A DNA stretch of 64,000 nucleotides. Origin: Isurus oxyrinchus. Taxonomy: Eukaryota. Below the pieces are notes generated by a model. It was not told the DNA's origin, did no database searches, and was given only the letters and a program-made list of their open reading frames with translations. Within the stretch, counting starts at the first letter, position 1. The number at the start of each line of letters is the position of its first letter. The stretch covers positions 8,742,001 through 8,806,000 of the forward strand of contig JANJGN010000039.1 of the NCBI GenBank assembly GCA_026770705.1, written 5' to 3'. This document shows, in pieces, positions 38,711 to 53,491 of the stretch. The position numbers were made by a program, and so were the translations under genes.

Positions 38711-40499
38711 CCTAGTTAGATGGGGTGGCTGACCTGAGGCAGAGGTTAAACGCAATCATTCAACATTCCTCTTGTTTAATCGCAGAATCAGGTAGGAACA
38801 CATCTCACTGCGGCAATCCGGCACATCCAGTGAAACTGATTTTTAAAATCTGGTTGGAAAGCTGAGTTTCTTATATTAAATTTGCTACATGTGCTTGCTC
38901 GGTTACTGCAAAGAACATTTATCCAAAGGCGTGATAGTACAGAAATAAGGCTGGTTCGGAAGAGGGAGAGAGAAAGAGAGAGGGGAACAGAGAGAAAAAT
39001 GGACATAGAATACCTCTGCCAGGCCTCTTAGTTTATTCCTTCTAATGCATATTTATTGTCGTTGTGCTATTTTGATCTGTACTTTGTTATTTTTAATTGG
39101 ATATTTATAGGATTTATTTGGTTCATTCCTTTATGATTTACTGCTGCAGCTTATATTTCCCTTCCTCTTCAAAAACCTCTCTCTAACCTCTTGATCTGCT
39201 TTTCCCCCTACTCTCTTTTATCGCCATTCTACATAATGGATGACATTTACTTTGAGTTACATTGTTGCTCTGATGATTTTAGTCATTTTGATGTTTCAAG
39301 GTTGACTATTTCTTTATTACTGGGACATATTTGTCCCAAGTCCCCACCACCCCCCCCCCCCCCCCCCCCCCACCTCTCTCTCTCTATCTTCATTATTTAT
39401 TTTAACTTTGAATATCGTTGACAAGCGCATAGTTATGTTTGGGTTGATGATCAGGTCTCGAGTTTCGCCTAACAAGGTAGTCACATCTGCACTGGTTTGG
39501 TTTCAATATCTATATCCATCGACACTGTTTTAGTGGGCTTGTTATATTCGTGCTAAGGGTTGTGCCCTGTACTCAGTAAAGGCCCCATTGCATTTTTCCC
39601 TTTCCCCAACCCTCCGTCCTTGACTGATTGTGGTGGCTGAAACTTTTCTGATTGCTCTCCATTAATTTTATTCATTTTTTAGCTTTGTTAATATATTTTC
39701 CTCTCATCCCCGCCCAATATTTGTGCTTTATAAAATGCCATACGTCATGCTGTTCAAGCCGTGTATGATGCCCCCGAGGCATTTGTTCTTGTTATGTAAA
39801 TGCGTTCCACGAGCAGCAGAGAATGCTTATTACTTATTCAACTATTTAAGTTATGTTTCCTTTATGGAGAGAACGTTGCAGTTACACTGACTGGCTGCCA
39901 GAAATACATGTATAATATTTGCATTGGAACAAAGTGCAACACCCGCATACTGACGTAAGAAATAAAACGAACACAAGGACATTCGGCCTTTAATGTTTCA
40001 CTGCTTTTTAACATGATGTTGACTGATCTATGACTTTCCTCAACCTTCCTCCTGTACATTGCTATAACCTATTAGCTAAAACTGATAATTTTAAGCCCTG
40101 CATATACTCAACAGCTGAGCAGCCTTTGGTGTGGGGAATTCCAAAGATTCACAACCATTTTTGGAAAGCAAATCATCCCAATAACCCAAAACAGCCGCTT
40201 TTATTCCTAGAGTCTTTCTCCTCATTCTGCCGTCAATCCCCGACCAGGAAGAAAAAAACATATGTGGATAAGTGTGTGGATAGATTCATTTATGCTGGAG
40301 CGAAAGAAAATTAAGTCAGGAATAGGAGAGTTAGAGAGAGAGAGAGTGAGCGTGTGACACAGCGAGAGGGAGAGAGGGAGATACAGGCAGACAGATGGAC
40401 AGATAGATAATAACTCTTTCAATGCTTTCGAGATTATATTTATCACAATTGGAAACGGTTTCATGGTTTTCATTCGGTACATAAATTATTATTTTTTTT

Positions 40500-40585
40500 C
40501 CTTTTAGATTTTTATTGAATTTAAATGTTACCACCTGCCGTGGTGGTATTTGAACCCGAGTTCCCAGAGAATTACCTTGAGTCTC
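40500..40585 (-). mobile_element. SINE tRNA-derived head fragment (SacSINE1-like)
   Basis: Reverse complement ...tctctgggaactcgggttcaaataccaccacggcaggtgg contains a B-box GGTTCAAATAC. Confidence 0.6.
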
Positions 40586-40589
40586 TAAA

Positions 40590-43500
40590 TTACTCGTACA
40601 AACCTAGTGACAGGCCCCTGCTCTGCAAACATACTGACAGTCGCTCCAATTGATTACTATATTAACAGGCCTCGGGTTCTTTTAACGTGCCACCAGTCTC
40701 CCTACGCTATTGCTATACTGACAGGCACCCAGCTCTTTAAACGTAGAGGCAGGCTTCACACTCTGTTACTGTCGTGACAGTCTCACGGCGCTGTAAAAAT
40801 TCTGAAATTCAACCCACTCTATTACAAGAGTGACAGAACACCCAGCTCTGTAAACATACGGAAAGTCTACCCACTCTTATACGATTGTGTCCAGCCCCAG
40901 GCTCTGTAATCAAGCTGACCGTCTACCCACTGTATTACTACAGTGACAGAACTCCCAGCTCTGTAAACATACTGACAGTTTGCTCATTACGGCACTATAG
41001 GCACAAAACCCGGTCTGTAATGTTGCTGAAAGTCTCTCCACTATTTTAAGATTGAGACCCGCTGCCAACCTCTAAATATAATGACAATCTTCAAACTATA
41101 ATACAATAGTGTCAGGCCCCTGGCCCTGTTAACATACTGACAGCCAACCCACTCTATTACTATACTGACAGGACCCTGTTTCTGTCTAGCTGAAAGTCTA
41201 GCTTCTCGATTATTTTACTGATTGTCCCAGCTCTTTCAGCATTCCGACAGTCTAAACAATCTATTCCTATGCTGACAGGCCTCCGGGTGTGTAAACATTC
41301 TGGGAATCTTCCCAATCTATTAATAAATTGACAGGTCCCAGCTCTGCATATACTATGACATTCTCTCCAGCCTACAGCGTAAATGACAGGCCACAGGCTC
41401 TGTAAAAATACTAAATGACTACAAACACTATTACATTAATGACAGCTCCTGGTCTCTGTAAACATAGAGACAGTCTCCTCACTCTAGTACTCTAGTGACA
41501 GGCCCCGGGATCTGTAAACATCCCAGGAGTCTCCCAATTTGCTATAGTAACAGGCCCACAGCTCTGTAAACATTCAGACAGCCTCCTCCCTTTATTAGTA
41601 AATTAGCAGGCCATTGGCACTGTCAACATACTGAAAGTCAACCCACCTGTTAATATACTGCGAGCCCCCCTTCTCTTTATACATGCTAATCGTCTCTTCA
41701 CTCTATTGCAACAGTGAGAGGCCCCCGGCTCTGGAAACGTTCAGACAACCTTCTCAATCATATCGTATTGTGACTGTCCCCCACCCTATAAACACACTGA
41801 CAGATTCCCCAATCTGTTACTATAGCAAGAGTCCTCAGGCTCTGTAAAAATATTGACAGTCTCCTGAGTCTAATTTATTAGTGAAATTCTCCCAGCTCTG
41901 TGAGCACACTGACAATATCTCCCCTCTATTATTATTGTGACACATCCTGGCTCTCCAAACCTACTGAAATTTTCCCCACTCCATTAATATAAAGACAGGC
42001 CCCAGCACTGTATACATACCCACAGCCTCTCCAGTCTATTACTATAAAATCAAGTCGTGGCTCTGTAAACATACTCTCAGTCTACATACTATTATTATAG
42101 TGACAGGACCCCTTCGAAATGTACTCAAATCCTCCTTACTCTATTACAATAGTGAAAGAATGCTGGTTCTGTCAAAATGCTCTCAGTCTAACCTTCCCAT
42201 TACAATATTGATAGGCCCCATCCCTTTAAACATAGAGGCAGTCTCCTCAATCTATGACTACAGTGACAGGCCCCATCCCTTTTAACACACAGACAGTCTC
42301 CTCAATATATTACTATAGTGACAGGTCCCCTGCTCTGTCAATGTACTGACAGTGGGTGCACTCTAATAATATTATGACAGGCCCTTGGCATGGAAAACAT
42401 GCTGATAATCTCCAAACTCTATGGCTTTAGTGACAGTACCCCAGCTCTGTTAACATGCAGACTGAATACCACTGTATTCCGATATTGTCAGGCCCTCAGC
42501 TCTGTAAAAGTACTAACTATCTCCCCATTCTATTAAAATAGTGACTGGCCACTGGCTTCATTACCATGCTGACAGACTATCCACTCTTTACAATGGTGAC
42601 AAGTTACCAGCTCTGCAGACATACTGACAACATCACCTCACTACTAAAGTACAGACAGGCTCCTGGCCCGTTAAAATTGCTGAAAGTCTCCCCACGTTGT
42701 TGCTACAGTGACAAGGCCTCAGGTCTGTGAAAATACTGACAGCCTACCCACTCTGTTACTATAATGACAGTCCCTCGGCACCTTAAATATACTGATGGTA
42801 TTCCTACTCTTTTACAGGCTTTGAAGACATACCCTCAGTCACCCCAATCCTGTACTATAGGGCAGAACGCTGGCTCTATAAACATATTGTCAGTATGGAC
42901 TTTCTATTGCTATAATGAAAGGCACCCAGCTATTTAGATAGAGAAATATTATCCCCAAACTGTAACTATATTGTCAGGCCTCCATCCGATAAGGTTACTG
43001 CAGCGTATCCACTCTATTTCTAATTTTATAAGCATCTGACTCTGATAAATATACTGACAGTTCCCCCACTCTATTAATATTGTTACATGCCCCTTGCTCT
43101 GTCAACATAAAGTCAGTCTCTGCAATGAATTCATTTACTTACATGCCTCTGGCTCTATAAACATACTGACAGTGTGCACAGTACATTACTATAGTGAGAA
43201 ATTCCAGCCCTGTAAAGGTACTGACTGTATGCACAGTATGTTACAATAGTGAGAGGTCACAGCTATGTAAACATACTGACACTGTGCACAGTACATTACT
43301 ATAGTGAGAGACCCTAGTTCTGTAAACATACCGACAGTGTGCACAGTGCATTAGTATAGTGAGAGACCCCAGATCTCTAAAGCTATTGCCAGTGTGCATG
43401 GTATGTTACCATAATGAGACGTCCAAGCTCTGTAAACATACTGACAGTGTGCACAGTACATTACTATACTGAGAGGCCCCAGCCTTGTAAAAGTACTGAC

Positions 43501-46500
43501 TGTGTTCACAGTGCATTACTATAGTGAGAGAACCCAGCCCTGTAAAGGTACTGACTGTGTGCACAGTACATTAGAGTATTGAGAGACCCCAGCCATGTAA
43601 ACATTCTGCTAGTCATCCCAATCGATTATTATTGTGAGAGGGTCCCTGATTGTTAAAATACTGATGGTTTCCCCTCGCTACTCCCAGAATGACAGGCCCA
43701 CAGCTCTATACACATATTGACAGTCTCTCTAATGTGTAACAATATTGAGAAAATCCCTGCTCTGCAAACATACTAGCAGTCAGCCCAGTCTATTTCAATA
43801 GCCACAGGCACCCGGCCCTATAAACGCACTGACAGCCTCCCCTCTCCATTGATATTGTGGTGGGCCTCTGTCTCTGTAAACATGCTGACAGCCTCCCCTC
43901 TCCATTGATATTGTGGTGGGCCTCTGTCTCTGTAAACATGCTGACAGTCTCTCACAAGATTTTACTATTGTGACAGCACACGGGTTATGTAAAAATAGTC
44001 ACAGTCTATCGTCTCTATTACAACATTGACAGGCCCTCAACTCTTTAAACATACAGAGAGGCTAGCCAATCTATTGTTATTGTGGCAGGCCCCCGGCTCT
44101 CTAAAGATACTTACAATGCTCCCATTCGAATACGTCAGGGCAGGCCGCTGACCTGTAAACATGCTGACAACCTCCCCACTCTATTATTGAAATGACAGAC
44201 TCCCAACTCTGAAAATATACAGTCAGTCTCCGCAATCGATTCCTACAGTGACAAGCCCCTGGCTCTGTAAGCAAGCAGAGAGTGTACCACTGTATTTCTA
44301 TGTTGGCAAGCCCCCAGCTCAGTAAGCAAGAACAGAGTTTACCATTATATTTCTGTGTTGACAAGCCCCCAGCTCTATAAACACACTGACAGCCTCCCCA
44401 CTTTTTTGCGATAGTGGCCCCAGGCTCTGTAAACATACTGACAATCTGCCCACTCTAATAGGATAGAGACAGGCCCCAGGCTTTGTTAACATACTGACAC
44501 AGACTATCCATGCTTTACATTAGTGACAAGCCCCTGCCACTGTAAATACACTGAGAGTACTCCCACACTATTACTATAGTGACTGGGCCTCAGGTCTGTC
44601 AAAGCATTAATAATCTTGCCACTCTTTTACTATAATGACAGGCTGCAGGCTATATAAACAAACTGACAGTCACCCCAGTATATTGCAATAGTGGTAGGCC
44701 GCCGGCTCTGTAAACATTCCACCTCCTACACTATTAGGGTAGCGACAGTCCCCCAGCTTTGTGAGCATACTGACAATCTGTACCCACTATTATTGCAGTG
44801 ATATCCATTGGCAATGTAAACTTAATGAAAGGTTCCAACTCAACTGGTATAAAGACAGGCCTCAGCTCTTTAAACATACAGACAGTCTCCCTACCCTACT
44901 ACTAGAGTGAAAGAACCCTGGTTCTATCTTATTACCTACATTCCAGCCTCTCTCAAGCTATATTGACTATATAGGCCCCCGGCTCTTTGTCTATACTGAC
45001 AGTCTCCCCACTCTTTTACTAAAGTGACAGGCCATCAGATCTGTAAACATACTGATAACCTCCCCACTCTCTTAATATAGTGACAGGCTCCCGGCTCTGT
45101 AAACATACTGAAGGTCTCCCCACTCTATTGCTAAAGTAACTTGCAGCCAGCTCTGTAAAAGTACTGACTGTGTTCCCCACCATATAGATATTGTGATAGG
45201 CTCAAACTCTGTAAACATTCTGAAAGTCTCTGCACTCTATTACTATATTGACAGTCCCGTGGGTCTATGAAGATACCCACTCTCTTACTACATACTGACA
45301 GTCACCCTAGTCTATTGTTGTATTGAGAGACTCCCTGCATTGTAAACATTCTGACAGTCTCAACACTCTATTACTTTAGAGACAAGCTCCCGGATCGGTA
45401 AAATTACTGATGGTCCATCCTCTCTATTACTTTAGTGACAGGCAGTGTAAATGTGCTGATAGTCTATTCACTATATCCCTGTAGTGATAGCCGCCTGCTC
45501 TTTAAATAGACTGGCAACCTCCCCAGTGTATTACGAAAGTTAAAGGCCCACATCTCTGTCACCTGATTGGCATATGCCCCACTCTAATACGACAGTGACA
45601 GGGCACCTTTCTGTAAACTTAGTAACAGGACAACCCAACCATAACTCTCCAATTCTGTAGTGACTGGCCCCCTCCACTGTCACCTGAATGACATACTCCT
45701 CCCTGTAATATGTTTGTGACAGGGCACATTTCTGTAACCTGAGTGACAACGAAGCCCAAACACTGTCATCGGCCCTGTAAAAATACTGGCAGTCTCTCCA
45801 CACTCTATTAAATTATTGACTGACCCCAGGCTCTGTAAAGTTATTGACAGTCTCCCTATGCCATTAAAATAGCGAAAGGCCGTGGTTCCATAAACATATT
45901 GACAATCGACCCACTCTCTTAGTATGGTGACAGTCTCCCAGATCTATAAATATACTGACAACTCCACATGCTATTAATACAGTCATAGCAATACCCATCA
46001 CGACTCCTCACACCCACAGTCCCAGACTATTCCTAGAGTGACAGGCCCCCATGATTTGTAACCTGAGTGGCAGTCCACCCACTCTATTGTGATGTTGACA
46101 GCAACTGCGTCTTTAACTATAGTGACAGTGGCCCCCACCTCCACCCACTGTATTGCCCGTGCAAAGGGTCCAGCCATTATGATCACAGATTCGACACTCA
46201 ATCACTAGGTGAGTGGCGCCCGGGACTTGGCACATGAGTGACAGTCTCCACAATAAATTGCTGTACTGACTGGCCCAGCCCATCTAACCAGACTGATAGT
46301 CTCGCCAATCAGGTACAATACTGACTACCCTATGATTTTTGACCTGAGTGACAGTCTCCACAATCAGTTATGATACTGAGAGGCCCCTGGCTCCTCAACT
46401 TGAGTGACACTATTATTAGTTTGTTTCTCTAATGAATGACCCATGATTTTGTATCCGAACTGACAGTCTCATCAATTATTTATGTTACTGACAGGCCCCT

Positions 46501-48180
46501 ACTCTGTGACCAGAGTGAGAGTGTCCGAAATCAATTCCTATAGTGACAGGATCCCTGCTCTGTAATCTAAGTAACAGCTACCCACCCGCCCATCCACTTC
46601 CCAGTCATTTGCTGTACTGACAGGCCCCTGGTTCTGTTGCCAGCGTGACAGTCTCCCCAATCTATTGCCAGTTGACTGGATCTGGCGCTGTAACCTGATT
46701 GACAGTTTCCCCATATAATTGCGAAACATGAATGACACCCGGCTCAGTAGCCTGAATACAGTCTCCACAACCAATGAGCACACAGGCTGTCACTTGGTTC
46801 TGTAGCCTGAGTGACAGTCTACCCAACATATTAATATACTGAGAGGCCCCCGGCTTAGGGTCCTGAGTGACAGTCTCCACAATAAATTGCTCTGCTGACA
46901 GGCCCCTGGCTCTTTTTAACAGAGTGACAGAATCTCCTTCAATTATTATCTGGAATAACACCCGGCTCTTTAAACTGAATAACTGTGTCCTCAATCAACA
47001 CCTATAGTGACAGGGACCAGCTCTGTAACCTGAGAAACAGTCTCAACAATCAACTACAATAACAACTGGCTCCGCCTCTGTTACCTGAGTGATGGTCTGC
47101 TGAAAAAATTACTATACTGACTGTTCCTGGCTCTGTAACCTGCGTGACAGCCCCCCTCCCCACCACCCCAACCAACGAATTAATATACTAACTGGCCCCT
47201 GCCTCAATAACGTGAGTGACTTTTTCCACCATCAAATACTCTACAGATAGGCCTCCAGTTCTGTAACCTGACAGATAGTCTGCAAAGCCATTTTCTGTAG
47301 TGACAGGCCCCTGGCTAGATAACCCGACTGATAATCCCTCCAATAATTTATTGTGCTAACTTGGTCCAGGCTCTGTAACCTGTGTGACAGATTCCCCAAT
47401 CAACTACTATGCCGACTGGCCACCGGCTTTTTAGTTTGAGTTGCATTATCCCCAAGCAATTGCTATATTTACAGGCCACTGACTCTGTAACCTGAATGAC
47501 ATAATCCCCATTAAATTACAATAAAGACTGAGCACCGGCTCTGTAACTTGAGTGACAGGCTCCTCAATAAATTACTATGCTGACAGGCCACCGGCTCTGT
47601 AAGTTGAGTGACAATCTCCCCAGTTATCTGTTCTACTGACAGGCCCCTGGCACAGTAAGCTGACAGACCCCCAATCAATTTCTATGCATGACTGTTTCCC
47701 TCCTCTTTAACCTGAGTGACTGTTGCCCCAATCAATTTCTTTAGTGTCTGGACTCGGCTCTGTAACCTGAATGACAGTCTCACCAATAGATTGCTTTTCA
47801 TGAGTGGCCCCGATTCTGTAGCCTGAGTGACAGTCTCCCCAATCATTCCCCATGTTGGCTGTCCCTGGTTCTGAAACCTGAGTGACTGTCTCCTCAATCA
47901 ATTACTTTCGTGAATGAGCTCTGCCTCTTTAACTTGAAGGACGGTCCCCCCAATCAATTGCTATCGTGAATGAACCCTGGCTCTGGAAACAGAGTGACAG
48001 TATTCCAAATCCATTCCTATAATGACTGACACTATCTCTCTACCTTTGGCGACAGACTTCCTAATCATTTATTATAGTGACAGGCCACTGCCTCTGTTAC
48101 CTGAATGACTGTGTCCAAAATCATGTACGATTCTGAATGACCCCAATTCTGTAAATTAAGTGAAAGTCTCCACAATCAAT
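40590..48180. repeat. ~7.6 kb array of a 55/56-bp satellite
   Basis: Approximate consensus gtgacaggccccagctctgtaaacatactgacagtctccccactctattactata. ctgac at 43166, 43221 and 43276 (period 55); exact 56-bp duplication at 43829/43885. Confidence 0.95.
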
Positions 48181-48387
48181 TAGAACAAAGAACAGAGAAA
48201 AGTACTGCACAGGAACAGGCCCTTCGGGCCTCTAAGCCTGCGCTGAAAATTTTGCCTGTCAAACTAAATACTTTTACCTTTCAGGGGTCCGTATCCCTCT
48301 TTTCCCATCATATTCGTGTATTTCCAAGCTGCCTCCTAAACACCACTATCGTATCAGCTTCCACAATGTTGTCTGGCAGTGAATTCC
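48181..48387 (-). mobile_element. CR1 3' end (remnant of the 9290-12908 element in the right arm)
   Basis: Reverse complement of 12695-12908. Confidence 0.9.
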
Positions 48388-50194
48388 TCTACTCAGAAAT
48401 GTACATTCCAATCAAGCACACGTGAAGTATCATTTCTCTAGATCATTGCTCAGCCGTTTTTGCCCTTTATCCTCAAAGCCAAAATGCACCGTTAGCCACA
48501 AGTTCCCCAATTTAGTCATTGGAAGCATTGAAGCCGCCCGTCTAATTCAGACACCCGACATCTGCACACCCGGTACGCGCTGCATTTCCATTTCTAGGGC
48601 AAAACCCATCAAGGGGCCGGATTCAACTCGTCATATGAAACAGGAAACAAACATGGTTTATTCATTTCCACTCAGCAACATAAGGAATCTCGTCCGAAAC
48701 CAGATTTACAAATCACCGTCCAGCGAATTCTGGATTTTAAATCCTTCCTGGCTCCCTTCGGAGGGAAATGCTGAGTGCAGCGGCAGGAGCTTTGTCCGAC
48801 AGCGGGGCATGAGAAATAAAGGATTGCTAAAGCTTAGCTTTCAGCACAGAAATGAAAGAAGGCGCTCGATCGAGGGGTTAAAAATCACGAACATTTAGGT
48901 GAAATTTTCTTACAGATGGGTGCGCAATCAGCGGGTTAATGATTTCAGGGAACCAGGGGCTGCATGAGGAAGGAATGTTTCGAGGCAGAATTGTGTCAGT
49001 CCATTTAACAAACTGTTTGCAAGGCTGTTTTCAATTCAGGCTGAATGTTAACTGCCAATAGAGAAGTCTAAATCCTATAAGTATCGCCTGAATTCAGAAC
49101 AACATAAGCAAAGACGCCCGAAGCCAATTGGGAAGTCACCGGTTGATCCACCCTGTGGATATTTTGGATTTCTGGGCATCACACTGGAGAGAGAAATTTT
49201 CGGTGATGCGGCAACAACCATGCATGACTGCGGCTACATGCAAAGATGAACCGAATACATCTGCTCCCATAGAAGCAAAGCATTTTCTGAAGAGGGTACA
49301 GATATGAGTTCAAAATACAGGGACGTTATCAGAAAGAAGAGTTGAGTTCCAGAAAGGCGAGTCACCAGGCGAGAGAACCAGGGGCTGCTCGGGCAACTTT
49401 TTTTTACGCAAAACTAATTTGGCCTCTTGAAGAGACTGTATGCAAAGTGTTTTTTGTTTACTTCTTACTGAATTGCAATTTACTCAAAGGAAGTGTTTGC
49501 ATTTCCTGAGGAAGTTCCACGTTAATCAATGCAGAGAAAGGAGGGAGAACAGCGAACGGATGAGACAATAACTGAAAAATGTTTGCATATTTCATATTTA
49601 TTGCACATAATTGTAATTTGCGTCCCTCAATGTGCTTTACTTTCTGGGTTATTCGGTTCATAGCTCACTAACCTTCATTGCGTTAATTGTAGATCACACT
49701 CTAGCCACCGCGGCCTTAATTAAGGCTTTAACCGGATACGATGCAGCTGATCTGGAACTGTGACGCTGTCTAGAACATATTGTCGTCAGTCAGTGTTCGA
49801 TCCTCATTAGTGTCAGGTTGTGAAGAAAGTCGGCTTTGTGTTTCTTTGCAAAATCTAATATGAGTTGTGCCGTTGTTGTTTCCAAAACATGTCGTTTTAG
49901 GAAAATGTCATGGAAACACACGAAATGCATTGTCTCGGGGAAACGCGGCGATGGTTATTTAATCCGACAAGCCATGGGCGATAATGGGGCAAACGGCCGA
50001 ATCCCACCGGAGATTGTGATCTCCTGCTCTGTCCAGCAAGGTTGCTCATGTTTACTTCACGCAAATCTGCGCCCTGTCCGCCAGGCTGAGCGCTGGAACA
50101 TTATGATGAACCCCCACGCGGGACTGGAAAGCAATTTGCGAAGGTAAAGCAGCATGGCCGCTTTCAATGTTTAACGTTTGGAACAAGGGCTTGT

Positions 50195-50250
50195 CTCCCC
50201 GTTTTCTGCCGCGTGACAAGTGAGGATACGAACCGCAATGCTAACGAGGA
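50195..50250 (-). pseudogene. tRNA-Asp(GTC) pseudogene lacking the T-arm (mirror of 7255-7310)
   Basis: Reverse complement: tcctcgttagcattgcggttcgtatcctcacttgtcacgcggcagaaaacggggag. Confidence 0.8.
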
Positions 50251-51108
50251 GAGCCCGGCCAGTGTTCGCGCAGTCGGCTAGTGAGATTTCAATCTGCCGT
50301 TAGCCACAGTTTTGTTACACAAATTTCTCCGTTTTCCTGCACAAGCAAGATAATTACATTCCAGCAAAATAGGCGGCGCGCATCTTCCCTCCAGGTCATC
50401 AATCCATCGTTTCAGTTTTGCGCTTTCTGCAGAAGAAAATGTGCTTCATCACTGACAATTTGTCTCATTTAATCACTTGCAAGGTTTGAAGCCGTCCATC
50501 TACTTCAGTCCCCTGCACCCTACGGATCCGCTATGGTCTTCATTTCCATTTTCAGCACAACCACAGTCATGGGGTCGGAGTCAAATCATCACCTGAAACC
50601 AGTAAGAGACATTGTTTATTCATTCCCAATGAGCAACAAAAGCAAACAGGTCCGGAAGTAACATTTTCAAATCACCAGCTGGCGCATTCTGTGGCTGTTT
50701 AATGTTGCTGGGCAGCCTCTCCAGGAAGAACCGCTCAGTGCAGCGACACAAGGCATGTTTGGCAGCTTAGAAATGCAAATATAATAGAGAGAAAACTTGA
50801 GTGTTCTTGGCCAGTTTTAAACACAGGAGTTAAGGAAGACGCTCGGTCGGCCGATTAAATGTCGCAAATCATTTTGAAACCTTTAATTGCAGAAGGGAGG
50901 ACAGGCAGGACGCAATGATTTCACGGAACGAAAGGATACAAGAGGATAGAGGGTTTTGATGGACAGTTGTGTTAGTCCTTTGAACAAACATTCTGCAGCG
51001 CTGATTGCATTTCAGGAGGAATGGTAACTGCCAAAAAAAGAAACCCAAACACTTAATGCAAAATAATGAGAACGGCTTCCACCGCACATGTTTCGAACAA
51101 AGACGTGC

Positions 51109-51181
51109 CTCCCCGTCGGGGACTTAAACCACCGTCCCCCTTGTGACAGGCGGGTGATACTGACCACTATACTACCGAGGA
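51109..51181 (-). pseudogene. tRNA-Asp(GTC) pseudogene (mirror of 6325-6397)
   Basis: Reverse complement: tcctcggtagtatagtggtcagtatcacccgcctgtcacaagggggacggtggtttaagtccccgacggggag. Confidence 0.9.
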
Positions 51182-53491
51182 CAGGCCTGCGAATGTCCCC
51201 AGAGCCAATGAGATTCTGAGTTGCCTTGGAATTTCCATTTTGAGGCAACAGTTACCCAGTTTGCCTGCAGAATTCCAACGAAATGCACCGGATGCATCAT
51301 CCCTCTCGAAATTCATCCAATCGTGTCAGTTTTTCCCGCCATCCAGAAGCAAAGGTGTTTCTTCTCCGGCTATTTCCCTCATTTTGTCACACGCAAAGTC
51401 TCGAAGGGAATTCTGTTTCAGTCACTAACCTACTGCAGCCACACTCCGCGCTCCATTTCCATTATCCAGACAACAGTCAGAGGGTGGGACTCAAAACATC
51501 ACATTTAAAAGGGGAAAATAAAAGGTTATTTAATCAATTCCACTCAGCAACAAAATAAAACATGTTGGACAACGTTTCTAAATCACCAGCTGGCACATTT
51601 TGAATTCTAAAAATCTCTGGTCACCCTCTTCGCAGAGAAAGCCTCAGTGCAGCGGCAGGAACCATGCAGATGCAGAAGATAGGGCTAACAGGGACAAAGA
51701 GATCAGGGAAGCAGAGGCTGCATGGGGGAAGCATATTTTGATTCAGAATTTTATGGGGCTATTGGATAGATTATACGCAGGTCTGTATTCATTTCTGGCT
51801 GAATTCTAACTGCCTAACGAGAAGTGCATAACGGCGGTGAGGATAGTGTGCTTACGGCAACATAAGCAAATAGCTCTGAACAAAATTGACTAATGACCGT
51901 TCTGATGAAGACTCCAATGGAGTCGGAAGGTCAACATCTCGACAGATGCTGTCAGGACCTGTGATATTTTCCAGCAATTTTTCATCTTGTGCCAAATGAC
52001 CCGTGGTCTCACCCAGCGGTCAATGTGACACTTCAGAGGGAAAGTCTTACTTGCGAGGCACAGACCATGCATGACTCGGCTGCAGGCAAAGGCGAATTCG
52101 AATAGCGTATCCCACCTTTTAATACAATTTATTCTGACGAGAATATTGAGCGGCGTTCGAAATCCTGGAACATTTTGGCAGTCAGAACTTTACTTGCAAT
52201 AGAGTGAGTTACCCGGCGGCAAAGATGTGATGCGTTGCTGACAGAATCAGGGGATACTTGGCAAAACTTTTTTTTACGAATGGTTATCTTGGCCTTTTGA
52301 GGAGTCTGCATGCAAGGTTGTTGTTTCCTTCGGCTTGATTTTTTATGTGCTGAAGGGAAGAGTTCACATACCATAAGTAATTTACAAAATCAGCAATGAC
52401 GTGAAAGGACAGGATCGTGTTATTGAAATAAGATATTATTTTTCCTATTTATTGTAAGTAATGGAAATTTGCGTGTCTTCAAATGTTATTCCTTTAGTGA
52501 GTTTGGCAGATTGGAACTCACGGAAACGCAAAGCTGGAATCAAATATTTTAACTCAGCTTTAAGCACAGTGTATTCAGAAGAGGTTATAGAGCGGCTTTG
52601 AAAATCCAAGCACATTTTGGCTGTCAGCACTTTAGTTGCAGTTTTGTGAATTTGCAGGCGGCAAAGATTTGAGGCGTTGCTGACATAACCAGGAGATATT
52701 TGGCGAAACTTTTACGCATGATTGTCTTGTCCTTGAGAGGAGACTGCGTGCAGGGTTGCTGTTTCCTTCGGTTTGCAGTTTTATGTGCTCAAGGGAAGGG
52801 TTCATATACCGTAAGAAATTTGCAATTTCAGGAATGACGTGAAAGAAGGGCGAAGTGCGACTGAATGAGAATGGCTTGAAATAACATTTATTTTTTCCTA
52901 TTCATTGCAGTAATGGAAATTTGCGTGCCTTCAAATGTTCTTTCTTTACTGAGTTTGCCAGTTTGGAGCTCACCGAAACGCAGTGCGTTCATTTCAGTTG
53001 GCACACTGGCCATCACAATTCTACTTCAGGCTTTAGCAACATCGGGTACAGCGACGTGCAGCTGTGTTCCTGCCTGGAAGGTGTCGTCGTCAGTTAGACC
53101 TGGAAGTTCAAACGGGACCGGGATGTGAAGTATTTCGGCGATTATCGAAAAATCTTTTAAGACTTGTGCCATCGTCGTCTCTAATGTCTTTTTTTTTTTG
53201 ACTAACGTGCCAAGAATACAAATGGCGATGCGTTATTTTGGGTAAACGCTTCTACATTCACAAGGTGGAAGAAGACAGAACGATGGCGGAAAGAGACGTT
53301 GATCACAGGTGATTTTGATAACCTGAACTGCACAGAAAATTTGCTCATGCTATATTTTGTCAAATCAGCTTTCTGTCCGAAATGTTGCGTAGATTGTCTT
53401 TAGCTCAATCACCATGTGGAAATGAAAACAGGTTTGCGAATCAATAGCGTGAGCACGCGTTCCGCCTCGCGCAAAGCGAGCAATGAGTTAT

